This document shows, one piece after another, positions 1 through 13,700 of a stretch of DNA of 64,000 bases (its first letter is position 1; every line of letters starts with the position of its first letter). Source of the stretch: Ptychomitrium polyphyllum (taxonomy: Eukaryota); assembly GCA_973851085.1 (NCBI GenBank), contig OZ316775.1, positions 11,346,001 through 11,410,000 of the forward strand, in the 5' to 3' direction. The position numbers and the translations under genes were made by a program. The notes under the pieces are model-generated. The model was not told the origin of the DNA. It did no database searches and was given only the letters and a program-made list of their open reading frames with translations.

Positions 1-1278
1 TTCAACGTAAACTAACTCCCCACATCAAACTTCACACCACACTCATTCCAAATCAGAATCCGTCTCGTCTACTCTCGTCTTCTCGAACCACTATCGTGAA
101 CCTCCCATCCTCCCTCCCTCACTCACACCTTGCAAGCACTGCCAACGAAACTCTCAAAGCAAAGGCTCTCACCTACCGCAGAGCCAGAACGAAAGAAACA
201 CATTACACAAATCAAAGAACAAGCAGCAAGAACACCATTCCCAAGAGCATGAGCCTAATTCTAAGACATCACTATCCATCCAGAGATCCCATCCGCAATG
301 ACCCCACCCCCACCCTCACCCCCAACAGCACACACACAAAAGGCACGACTACACATGGCAAAACCTAAGGGAAAACATGGAGAAGTCAAACATACGAAAG
401 GTCGGCAGTGTAGCGATGGTGCCGTGAGCCTCGAACTCGTCCCAAAGGCCGCACCTTGACGCAGAATCACCGAGAGAATGATCTTCGACGCAAGGCAACG
501 CTAGGAAACCATGGAACCTGCAAAACTGCAACACATCACCCAAGCTCACAAAACCTCTCTTCCCTTGGGGTTTAAGGGTGCCCTCTCCCCTAGACCGTCA
601 CCATGCCCCAAAAACCGACACTGTCTACCACAGGTGTACATTACAGCCCACGTATAGTACAACTATAGCAAATCGCAACAAACCATCGCAGTGCTCAAAT
701 TAGAGGTTGTCTACGATGAGCGCAAGATTAACGAGCCTGAGTATAAGCATTCCGTAGATAGAGACGGTTTTAGGGTACTGTGACGGTACTGTGACTGGGG
801 GCTGATGGACGGGAAGGCGTTACTGGACCCAAGCCTGATGGAATGTTCCGGCGGCGGACATTTGGGAGGCGAATTATGTTGTGTGGCCGTTACGGGGAGT
901 GGTGAGTTATTGTTGAGTATGGCTTTTTGTGAAGCGCGGGTTTGAGGTGCGGAACGGAGCCGGCTGAAACCCGTGGCGATGGACGCTGACGTGGAGCCAG
1001 GTTGCAAACTGCAAAAAACGCCTGTTTGGTGTTATCCGTGGGGTTGGTGTAACTACTAGTGAGTCAAGCAGGCCCAATGCTTAGTCCTTTGGTTTGTAAG
1101 GCGATGTGGAGGTTTTGATCACGGTTTCTGAACTCTTGTTGTCGTTAGTGACATGTACGTAATTTTAGTTGCCGTGATTATGGACAATTCTGTACCTCGC
1201 TCAACAATAGGCAGGTGAATAGGAAAAGTGACGTGGAAGAAAGGTTGATTATTAGGATGATGTGGCAAGATGCTAACA

Positions 1279-3776
1279 CATCTTTGATGTAATAGTATCT
1301 AATGCAAGTGTCTAAACAGTTGTAAAAATAAAAAAAAATAAAAATGAGTAATAAAGTATTCAACAAGGCAACACTACAAATAAAAATACAAAAATAAAAG
1401 TTTAAAAAACTTTTTTAAATAAAAGTAAAAAGTAAAAAAGGAAATTAAAATTCACTTATAAATATGGATGGATATCTATCCATCCATCTATTCATCCATC
1501 TATTCATTTATCTAACACAAGATAATAAGGTTTTTTTTATACATTATACAAAAATATAAAAGAATATATATTTTTGATTGAATAATATCCATATGAAAAA
1601 AACTGATCATAGATAACATAATTTAATATCCTATAAAAAACCTATGAATATTAAAAATTAGAGATCTTGGAGGTTTGTTTTCAAAATAGACTTCTTGAAA
1701 AGGGAGTTTTCTTTATTTCAAGTGATTCACAAGTTTTTTATAAAATGCCATAAATGAAGAGGCATGAAAATTTGATCGATAAAGATTATATGAATTGCTA
1801 TTGAAACCTATGGAATCGCATATCATTTCTCCTACATAAAATATTAGATAAAAGTATGACAAATGTCTTTAGGTTTTTTTTCAAATAAAGACCAAATTTA
1901 AAAATAATTTATTAATTTGAGATATATTAAAATAATATGAATAAAATTTAATATTATCCTTATTATCATTGTAATTACTGATATTATAACACAAGATTAC
2001 AATTACCATCATTATTATGTGGATAAAGATTATAATCATTGTTATTAAAAATATGACTACAATTATCATATTGAAGGTTGCTAATGAGGATAGTTTCAAA
2101 ATTTTTACCTTTAATATAAGTAATAAATTTATTTTTAAAAAACACTATATTTGTTTGTATTAAAACTTTTGCCTTATTTCTCATTCTTTTATATTTTAAA
2201 TAACAAGATACTTTTGCACTAAAAATATAATAACAATACTTTGTTGTTGTAATAATACAAATACATTTAAACATTAATTTTATAATAAAAATAAATTTTA
2301 ATGCATATTTATACAAATGATTTAAACGCATATGTACATTTAAACGTAGCATTCTTTATACAAAATGTATACCAATATAAAGTAAATTTTAACAATAAAA
2401 ATGAAAAACCTTGTGACTTCAAAAGGTGAATTAAAAATATTAAAAGATATTATTAATGGATTTCAAATTCTAAAATTAAAATAATATTGAATTTTGAATA
2501 CATCCAATTGACAACAATTTGTATGCCCGTAAAAGTGTTTATTTACTTAATACAAAGATTTCTAATTTATGTTAATATAATTTATTAAAATAAAAATTTG
2601 TCATTATGTTTGCACCACCTTCCAAAATGAATCCATCTTCATTGTACATAGAAAAAAAATTATTTCATATTATATATATTCAAATGCTCTTGAATATATT
2701 TTATTTCTTTAATATTTGATCCAAAAAAATAAAAATTAGAAGGAATTAAAAGTTGTATAAGAAATTCTTCTTTTTAATATAGAATTAAAAGGATTATGAA
2801 TAAGCATATTAACATCAATCTATTGTTAATTCTATTTTTAGATTCTATTTGATAAAAATAACATTTTCATAAAGATGCTTTTGCATGCATAGAGATTTGA
2901 AGAATATCCTTGTATTTTTAAACAAAGTTTTATATTGATTTATACTATTGTAGATTTGGAAACAATATATTTATTTACTTTTTAATTGCTGATTTATGTG
3001 ACAATAATTTTGCATAAATAAAACGTGTATTTTACTTACATTTTTTAAATAAATTTAATATGAATAATCCTTCAGTGTATATAAAAAGTAATGCCATAAT
3101 TTTTTCAATATTTATAAAAGTATTGAATTGAATTATGACTTTTTTTAAAATAAATTGTAATAGATGAGAAATTCAAATTGAATTCTACCATTTTTGTTCT
3201 TATAACTCTTAAAGTTCTTTGGAAATTGTTAAAAGATGCTTTTATTTTAATATTTTAATTTCTAAATCTAAAAAAGACATAGAACATAAATCCTTTCATT
3301 TTATTGATATTCTTTTTGAATCTTTGCAGATTACTTTTCAAATAGGAATGCTAATTTGAAAAAGTATATGTCAATAAAAAAAATGAAAAATAGAAAAAAA
3401 TTATAATTAATAAACTCATTTAAATTTGGTATAACACAAATTAAATTAGAACTAATTCTATTCCTTGAATCATATGAAAATATTAAATACATGAAGACTA
3501 ATACATTAATTCATATTTGCTTCTTTTTTAGTCTAAAACTACAATTTATTATAATTTTCACTCTCAAAATCTTCCTATAAGGTATTTTGAAAACTTTACA
3601 ATCCCGTCTTGCCTATTCATCCGCATTTTATAAAAACTACTTTTACTTTCTAAAAAAATTAAAAAAACTTAAAAAAATTAATTTACTTTTGAACTATTTA
3701 TCATTTACTATTCACTTGTTTGTTTTCTTTCTACAGTTGAATAAAAACCTGCATTAAATGCCATCACATCAAAGAT
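1279..3776. mobile_element. Decayed non-autonomous TIR DNA element (MULE/foldback-like)
   Basis: 1281-1340 matches the reverse complement of about 3715-3774 at roughly 44/60 positions, mostly transitions. Weaker similarity continues inward to about 1475 and 3615. The interior is extremely AT-rich and non-coding. No target-site duplication was found. Confidence 0.55.
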
Positions 3777-4736
3777 AGGATGGCTGCCTTACTAATTCCC
3801 ATTGTAATCAAAGGAGCCCAACTTTCTTAATTCCATTATGTGGTGCTTCTTTGTGTTTCCTTTCCCGTTTTCAACAACAGACTTTGTCTCCCTCTTCTCA
3901 TGTCAACCACAACCATTCCAAGCGCGACCAAACACACACCTTCTCCAGTTGTTACCTGCATGATACTCTCAATATACATGCACGTTACCCAGGTGAAAAC
4001 CTCCAGATATCAGGAGGATACCCTGACGAGACAGAGCCCGGCTTCATGATGCCAAGTAAGCACACCATGACTACTGCCGTCCGCTCCAATCTCCATACTC
4101 TCCGATTGACACCTACACGATACTCGCTCAAGAACCTCAAGATACCCATCAGATAACCTGAAAATTTCCCGTCTATATCCGGAAGATCCTCAGTCCAGCT
4201 TCATGATGCAGAGAAAATAGACTCCGTCTTTCCAATCCTCTCCATTCACCGGCTGATATCCTACTGATACTTGTATAATACCTGTCCGAGACGACTTGAC
4301 ACCTGGGAGATACCCCGTTTTATTCCCAGTTGAATACATAGGCGGGTATCCATGCAACGTGCACAAGGACAGTGCGCTGCTAGTTGTGAGCCTGTCGAGG
4401 TCGGAGAGTGCTGAAGCTCTGCGTCGCATCGATTGCGTCCCAGGAGTTCTCGCCGTGCAGCTCTCTGATCGTCTTACGGCAGCTTGAAGAGGGAGGAGAA
4501 AAAGAAACCACGGCGATCGGTCGTTTTTCGACAAAAATTGAGCACCAAGTGATTGCGAAAGGTGTGGGAGTGTTGGTTGTCTTGTGCCTAGAAGGGAGTG
4601 AGTTTGCGCAGGTGGTGGTTTCTGTGAGGGGAGCTCTGTGAGGGTTTGGATGGTATGAGGCTGCGGGGAGTTTTACACTGAGGTGCAGAGCGGGAGCGAG
4701 CTCAGAATGGGGAGGGAAGGCTTGGGAAGCAGCATG

Positions 4737-7700
4737 ATGAAGTGGACTGCGACGCAGCACCTGGACCTGCAGCCGGTGCGGTCCGGCGCTCCGCCTGTGC
4801 AGCCTCACTGCGCTGTGTTTCATCAGTCACAGGCTCTGATTGCCGTCGCCGTCGGGCGAAACATCGTAGGCGAGGCTCTTTTCTTCTTTAGAACCCTATG
4901 CCTGTAGGATAATTCAATTTGCAGCCGTGGGAGCAGCGTTCTGGAGTTTTAGTGTGAGCTCTGTGCGCGAATTGTTGTCCTAGAGTAGCCAGGGTTTTGC
5001 AATCAGCTGAATTTTACTATGCGTTTTTTAGTAGGTGATCGTTCTCTTGGTACACAATTTTGACCAGTTTAGAGGTTTTTAGTTCATAGAAGTGCTGAAA
5101 GTTGAAGCAGAGAAGAGTTAGTTTTAGCTCGATTTGTGGATTTGTGTCGGATTGGACACTTTGCAACTCTATGTTTAAAAGCTGAGAGTTGGTATTATTT
5201 CTCTTCGGGGATTTTGAGCTTAGACTCCATGATTGACATTATAGCATGGGTTTTCGTTCTGTGTAACTTGGTGCATTTCCGTGGGCTTTTTATCGGGTTC
5301 TATCTCACAGCTCCACTACTCCAATGTAGGTGGTTTATGATTACCTTTGTGAAAATTATGAGAGATTTAAATAAAACTCTTTATAAAAACTGGTTCTGAG
5401 GGAAAGGTATTTGTATTTTGTCTTGCGGAATCGCAAGGTGTAGTCTAGTTAGTTTTTCTATGAGATCTCTAAGGAGAGCAGATTGCGAGGATCTCTAAGA
5501 AGACCAGATCTCTAACAGTTGATTTTACTTTTATCTACTTTGCAGAGTTTGATGCGCTGACAGGATGCAAGCTTTCAAGCATAGACATAGGGGCAGTTGT
5601 GGTGCGTATGGCTTACAGCCCCGCTGGAGGTCATTCCATTATTGCTGTACTTCAGGTAAGATCAAACATAAAAATTGTTGCGTTTCTCTTGCATGGTTTG
5701 CACGTCTCCGGAGAGGAACTTTCAAACTTCAGAAGAATTTCGCCTTCAAGCTTAGGAATTCATTATGTCAACATCATAGCTTTCTGAATGGCGCTTTGGT
5801 GGAATGATTGGTGATGAAGGATTGGACTATTAGGTCATGGGACCTGGACACAGAGCACACATACGTACTGTATTCCCCATCAGCTAGGAAGGCTGAGAAT
5901 GTTGGCGGAGGCAGTATAGAAGTTCATATAGCCCTTACGCCCCTTAAGCCTTGGATTTTCTTTGCCGGTCATCGTCGGCTTAGTGTCAACGGTAGGATTC
6001 CTTCTGCTCTATAATTGCGCGTGTTATAAGTTGTTGATTCTTAGATGAGGTTTATTGAACTAAATTGTATTTTTAACGTGGTGTTTGCAGTTGAAAATTA
6101 CTTAAATCTAGTTTGTGCTGTTTAGGCCCCTTTCATGTTGTTACGTGCCATCAGGAGGTTTATGTACATGTGGAAAAGGTCGTTCTCCTGATTCTTGGTG
6201 GATTGTGTTTGGTGGCTTTGTGTGAAACAGTTGTGGGTACAATCGAAGGCGTGAAGGCTGCAACGAAAATAAAGACTGATCTGAAGAAGCCCATAACGGA
6301 GCTCGCTTGCCATCCTCGGCATCCAGTACTGGTAATTTCCTCTTCTTACTTTGAGAGCTGCAGTTGACTTCAGATATGAGCTGAGTAACATCTAATTACT
6401 CCTCGCCTTACAAATTTGGTAATGTCAACTTAGATGGGTTATTTGTCTATATTCAGAACCTTTTAAAACTGCGTGGGCAAGTCTATATTTTCCCTTTATT
6501 GTATTATAACCACGATTGAACCCTTAAACCAATTTCTTGGGTCAATGTTGGGTTTCAGTATGTCGCGTACTTGGAGGGAGTAATACGAGCTTATAACATT
6601 CAGACCTTTGCTGTACTATACACATTGCAAAGTAAGTTACTGATATCTCTATTACTTCACTTAGTCTAGATCAGGTGCTACCTTCCTTAGAATTACCATG
6701 ATATTGTTGCTCTGGAAGGTTTTCTTTGTGGTTTAAAAAGGATGGAAACTAACTGCTTGATAGATATATTCTTGATATTATTATCATGTCTGGTGGTGTT
6801 CCAGTACCTCCGAATTATTCAAACACATTATATCCTGAAGCACATCTTTAGCTTGTCGTTTGTAACAGTTCTTAGAATTTTCTACCCAGCATTTGCAAAT
6901 CTTGTCTTGCTTAGATGAATTATTTGCGGTCCTTAGTGTTAATCATAATGCCAGTTCAGGGCCTTGCATATATTGACCTACTTAGCTTTTAGTCATGCAT
7001 TGAGTTCTGCTGTTGGTGGTTCAGTTGAACCGACTGTGAAACTAGCGGGAGCAGGAGCATTTGCCTTCCATCCTACATTAGAGTGGGTTTTTGTTGGTGA
7101 TCGGTGCGGAACTCTTTTGGCTTGGGATGTTTCAGTTCCAAGTCGTCCAAATTTGATTGGCATGTGAGTAAGAGCTGCCGGAAGTTGCCTCTCCGACCTT
7201 TTTTCCCCAGATTCAGGGTCTAGTCTGTCAATTACTCTATTATCCTGTAATTTGACTTGTGACTTTCAAACACTTTTCTAAGAGGCAGACGTTTTATGTC
7301 ATATTGAGGGACAGTGACTAGGTAGAAATTCGTGGTTAAGTTGTGTTTGAAGTTCTTAAATATTTGTAAGCAAGGTGTGGTAATCACTCGCTTGGTGTTG
7401 GACAGTGTTTCAACAGGAACTAGTCCAATCACTTCGGTCTCCTGGATGTCAATGCTCAACATGCTCGTTACACTCACGAAGGAAGGAACAGTTCAAGTCT
7501 GGCGAGCTCGTGTGAACTCCGATCCAAACAAATCACATATGCGTGTCAACTTCCTGGAACCTGCGGGTAGTTTTTGTGGAGTTAGCTTGGTGGTGCAGGG
7601 AGGTTTATGTTCTGAATTACCGTGGTCATCAGTTGTTTTAGAGTACGGAGTTTATTTTATTTGATTAGACGTTTGTTTTGCTTGCTTAGTATACTTGGTG

Positions 7701-10700
7701 AATAGTGTTTGTGTACACCTAGTTCCCAGAAGTATTGAACCAAGAGTATGTGATTTAATTTGTATGTATTTGATTGGATTCTACTTGTAGAGGTTAAGAG
7801 AACTATTTTAAACTAGAGTTTTTAACATTTACTCAGGCTGCTGGTTGAATGCGTCCATGTTTGATGTGATTAAATATGGTGCAGGAGTGGACCCCTTGGA
7901 TATAACCTCAATTCTGAGCCAGGATGGAGGGGGTTCTGTATATCCACTCCCCAGGATTGTCGATATTCTTATACACCCCAAGTTGAATCTTGCAACTCTT
8001 CTCTTTGCGGTAAGGCACAGCAGAAATCGTGGTTTTGATAAGATGTTGGTTTTGATCAGACGTTCTTTTTCTTGTGTGTTCTTTATATTTAGTGTTTTGA
8101 AATTCTGTCAAATCAGAAAAATTGTAATCAGATATCACTAGATGGCTAGTATTTTTGCCATTTATAACATTATCGAGAGGGTTCTTTCTGTAGAACGTTG
8201 GAGCTAATGCTGAGGAGACGAGGAGAATAGGAGGTGGAGTATCTCGGGAGTCGAGAAGACAGCTTTTCTCAGTGCTTCAGGCTGCTCGCGGATCTCCAAG
8301 TACTGTACTTGTCACACTTCAATTCAGGGCTGAACATTTGCTGGATGGAAGGTTTAAAGTTTACTTTAAGGTAGTAGTATGGAATTTTAGTAAAATTCCA
8401 CCCGTCTTATGCTAAACCTTTGTATTCCTCTGTGAAGGTTCTGTTCTGAAGGAGAAGCTGAAAGTCCTTGGATCTACTGGCATCTTACCTGATCACCAAG
8501 TACAGCTGCAGTATGCCAAATCACAAGCAGCGTACGGGTTTATGTTGTCTGTTCATTATGGTTTTTCATTTTCAGTTATAACTATGATACAGGCCACATT
8601 GTAAGTCGGAGTACCATCGTTTGAAAGTGGATCAAATTCTGCTCACGTGCTTCTTATGGGTGCAGGGGCCAGTTGACAATGTCAGACCTTGCTAGAAAGG
8701 CTTTTCTTTATGGGGTAAGTGAGCTCTCGAAATTGTGGCCTATTGTTGTTAGTGCGTTTGAGAGGTAGATTGTACTTTGTCTTATGCGATTTTTAATCCA
8801 GGGATAATTTTGTGTTGTGATTATGATCCTTCTCTAATATCAACATATTAGCACCTTGGCATTCGTGTGTAGAGAGAGTTGCTTGATACCTGGTTTCGGA
8901 CATATGGTTAGACTTCATATCATTTTCCTCACAGAATGGCTCAGGAGAGCAAGCAAAAAGTGGTCCAATTTTGTCACTTCCACTGTTGACAATTGCGGAT
9001 CCCGGACATCCCTTGCGTGATATGCCTGTCTGTCAGGTAAGAATCACAGTGTTTGAACAACGTAAACACGGATTTGTTACAAGAAGCAAATTAAAATTGA
9101 TGACGAATGACTTTCTTCGTGAAGTTTTAAATATGATCTTTGTCTACGTGGTAACTAGTTTTGACCTCTAGTTTCATGATCAGTATGATTATTTACTGTT
9201 TGTCTCCATCGAGAATAACTTCCGAATGTTTTTGATCGTATGTCTACTGTCCTTGTGTTTATGGTTTTTGAATCTTCATTCTGTTTGTATTGATGGACTG
9301 GCGATTGATTTCCTTTGCTGGTAATTGTGCAGGCTTTCCAGCAGGGAATGAGATTCTACAACAATGAAAACAGAATTTTTAATTACCCAGTGAGGGCTTT
9401 TATCATGGATGGCTGTAATTTGACAGCGTACAACCTTGCATCGGGAGATTACAATATATACAAGAAGCTCTCACCTACGGTTCGTATCTAGTTTAGTACG
9501 AAGGTCTTAACATTGTGATGTATCAGGGTTCAAACAAGCTGAAAGACAATGACCGAGCGGGGTGCTTCTTCTAGGATCTTTGTTGATTTTTGTTTTCTCC
9601 TTAACTACATCTTTCTCGTTTAAGGACGCCTTTCAATTCAGAAGCAGGTGCGTTGTATAATTGCTATTGTTGTAGTATGCGTGAACCAACAAATATAGTC
9701 TATTCTTGGCAGGCTCTGGGGGGCAACGAGAGGATCCCGAAAAGGATGTTGTGTTGCAGCAGACAGCATATGTTTCTTATTTTCTTTGAGTGCCGGGGTG
9801 CCACAAGCGAGGTGGTTGTATATCGAGATAATCTAGGAGCTAAGACTGCCAAAGATCGCGTTAATACCATAACAGGTTTGTGAAGATTGCGGGAGGTCCG
9901 AGATACAAGTTTCTTGAAATATAGTGTTTAATACTGGTGGAGCAGTTACTCTTAATTTTGTTTAATTTTTTTAATAGGATTTGGATATTTGAAGCCCCTT
10001 TTTACGTATTTATCTCTCATTTATTTTTAATATGAGGTCTGTTTTGCTTGTAGGCAGTGATGGTGCATTTATTGGCCCTACCCAGAACCAATATGCGATT
10101 CTTGAGGATGATGGAGTAGGACTTGTTCTATACTCCATCGAGGAGGAAAAAATTCTGGCTACCTTGACAGATCCAATGCCGGAAACGGCAGATAGTAGAG
10201 GCCCAGGTGGTGCGTTGGACGAAAATGATTTCTCAGAAGTTTCTACTAAAATACCCGTAGACAAGAAAGGCTCCCATGATCCCATACAGTTTGCGTTTGA
10301 CACTCCTGTGCAGCGGATATTCTCATGTCCTTTAGGTGAGTTACACTTTTGATTGGGAACTAAATTTTCTTTAATAAATTGTCCTTGGTTGTTTGGCTAA
10401 TAGAACTTTACTATCTGGTGGGCCTTCTTACCTTGCTCGTGATGTTCTGTTTCTTAACTTTCACAATTTAACATTTATTTATTTGTTATTTTGAATTTAT
10501 ATTATTTATCACTCTCCAGTCCACAGTTGCAGTTTTGCTCAAGTATTTTGTTTGACTATGTCCCGACATGACGGAACCATATATTATATGTAACATTTTC
10601 TTGGTCTTTGTACAATGTAACTTTCCAGAATCGACATTACTCTATGTGTGTCCGGAAAGTCATATTGGGCTTGGAAAGGTGTACCCTGGTGCATACACTA

Positions 10701-13700
10701 CTACTGGGGAGCTCCTTGTCTCTACTAGCCCAGAACTAGGTCGTCTTATACAACTTCAGCCCTTTGAAGTTGTCCTGGAGGTAGGAACATTAGTTGCTTG
10801 ATTATGCTTTATATGATCTCGATACTGAGTTACTTTCGGATTAACTTTCGCATTCATTTTCTTCCAATCATTGAGTTACACGAATATTAAGTTGAGGGCC
10901 AGCTTCTTTGCTGACTTTAAATGCAGATTCTTGGTTTCTTTTCACTTAATCCTTTGACTCTAAAATTCTTTCTAAAATGATTTCTAAAATCTTTGCGTTT
11001 TAGAAATCAAATAGAATCCATCACCTTTGTAAAATTATTCTTACGTCCTCATCAGATAGAACCATCATTTTGACGAAATCATGATTGGAGAATGACTGTT
11101 GATGCTTTACAGGTACAATGGCAAGAAACTTTGAGTGGGCAAGTAGCGGGTATTTTAACCACTCAGCGTATTTTGATTGCGTCAGCAAGTCTGAGCATAC
11201 TTGCTAGCACGTCCTCCACTGCAGACAAGGGTTACCCTCCAATATCCTCAATTTGCTGATCATGTTTGATTCACTAATTTGTATTCGTGAAGTAGGGTTA
11301 TTTAATCTTTGATCTCCTGTAGCTGCGGATTATATATTTTGTCAGAGTAAGAGAATTCCAAGACAGCACAGGCGAATTTGGGAAATTTGTGAATATCTAC
11401 CATTATCCTTGACTTCTATTTACTTCAGGTCCCTTATGTGGGTTGGCCCCACACTGCTCTACTCAACTGCCACATCTGTGATGATGCTCGGATGGGATGG
11501 GGTTGCCCGTCCTCTAGTACGAATTGGAACCCCAAATGCTGGTAAGGGTTCACACTATCAACTGAATCCGACAAGTTCAAGATATGGAGGATGAAACTAG
11601 CGCACATGGTTTTTTTTCCCACTTGAAGTTTAATTTAGAGTTATTCTGTCTGGAGCCTGTACTTGGCATGCCTGGTTAAGGAACTCTTAAAGCGTAAATT
11701 TGGATGATAATTGCAGCTCTGGTTGGAGCATTGAATGATCGGCTGCTCCTGGCATGCGCTAATGACCCCAACCCGAGGCAAAAACAGGGAGTGGAGATCA
11801 AGACTCGTCTTGTTGGTCTATTAGAGCCTTTAGTTGTTGGCTGGACAACCATGCAGAAAACATTTGAGCCAAAGCTTGATCTTTTGGAGATTATGTACCA
11901 GCTTACTTCCAGGTAAGTGGAATTGGCTAAATTGACTGTTCTAGAGAAAAAGTGTAATCTTGCTAGAGTACAATGTTCTCTTGCAATGTGTGACATCGTG
12001 TGTATTGTATGCCTGTTATCGGATGTAGAAATCTTAGCGATTAACTTTGTACTAACTTTTTTCCGGGTTATTGCAGTTTTGACAGCTTGCGTGTGACGTC
12101 TCATACTCTTGATGCTTTAGCAAGCGGCCCAACAGTTTGTGCAGAGCTTGCAGTGGAGTTAGCACAGGCAGGGCCACAATTTACTCAGGTATATACAATA
12201 TCACCCGTGTGTATTGGTTGTGCCTTTGCGTGCATGCACTCATCGTATTCAGACGCTCTTACGGGCTTAACACATATATTGTGATTCTTTGCATGGTATA
12301 GTTGTGATGCCAAGTAGCTTGGGGTGGTAGTTTGTAAATTTACACTATCGTAAATTAAGTAGTTATTGACTTAAATTGTGTCCCAAGTATTGGTTTCAGT
12401 AGTATGGAAGATCTTGACAGTAGGTCCAAAGAATATCTAAGCTAGGGCCACTTTACGCAATGTAAAGTCAGTATTTGTATTGTCTTACAGTATCTTTCTA
12501 ACCATGTCTATTACCATTATTTGTGGAAATCTTTTGTTCAATCGACACGGTTTGCAACTAAAGCTTGAAGGAAAAATGATCCTGGCTACAGTAACTCTTG
12601 GCTTGAGTCCGATGCTATAATATGCCACAGAGAAATCTGGACTAAGAAGGTGTTCGAAAGGCCTTGGGTAAAAGTTTTACGTTGTTTATTTTGAAGATGC
12701 TGGTTTAGTTCCAGTTGGTTATTGAGATGTGTCATAATGTAATGTACGTATTACAGGAATTGCGCTGTAATTACGCAATCAAGGCTTGTCGATTTCCAAC
12801 TGCCTTGTCAATTTTGAAAGACGAATTCATTCGGTCACGGGATTATCCACGCTGTCCACCAACGACCCGCTTGTTTTTGCGCATCCAGGGCTTGGGTCGT
12901 GCCTGTATCAAGTAAATCTCTGTTCAAACTGTATTTACTTCATTATAAAATTTGCACTTAAATTTTCTTAATGGGTTAAGCTTATTGCATGTCTGGTGGC
13001 CTGGTGGCCTGTATATAATAAACCTGAGTCATTGGGTGTATCAGAAAGGTGGAGGTAGTCATGTGTGTTTCTTTCGTATTATTTTTTGAAGGAAGTGATA
13101 CAAATAACGGACAAGCACTATGTGTCTGACGTTCGGTTAATCGTGCGAATGCAGTTATGCTCAGTTTGATATGGCAAAAGAAACCTTTGAGGTTGTGTCA
13201 GATTATGAGAGCATGCTGGACCTTTTCATATGCCATCTGAATCCAAGTGCATTGAGGCTCCTCGTCCACAGACTAGAAAGGGAAGGGACAAATCCAGAAC
13301 TGCAGCGTCAGTGTGAGAAGATTTTGAGCATCAGGTCTGCTGGATGGAGTCAAGGAATGTTTAAAAACTTCGCAGCAGAAAGTATGATGCCTAAAGGACC
13401 TGAGTGGGCCGGGGGAAATTGGGAGATCAGGTCACAGTCTGATTCCAAGAAGGCCATAGATTGGGAGCTTAATAATGAGGTGACAGCGTACATGAAGACT
13501 CCTAATGGTCCAATTCCAACTATTACTCCTGACCATATTGGTGTGTACTTGGGGACCTTAAGAGGTCGTGGAACAGTAGTGGAAGTTCGAGAAGACATGC
13601 TTACTGTATTTGGTAAGTTTTTAATAATTGTCTTCTATTGTTTTATCAACTTGTGTCATCAACTTGGAGCTTAGGTTATGACTTTTGAGTTGTGTTTTCT

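Noticed and set aside
1..1100. Short ORFs at the left edge
   Set aside because: No recognisable protein. The region looks like promoter or 5'UTR of a gene outside the window, but this cannot be supported from the sequence.
1881..2352. ORFs in AT-rich blocks (also at 28.4-29.5 kb and 47-54 kb)
   Set aside because: Ile/Lys/Phe/Asn-rich compositional artefacts with no transposase or other motifs.
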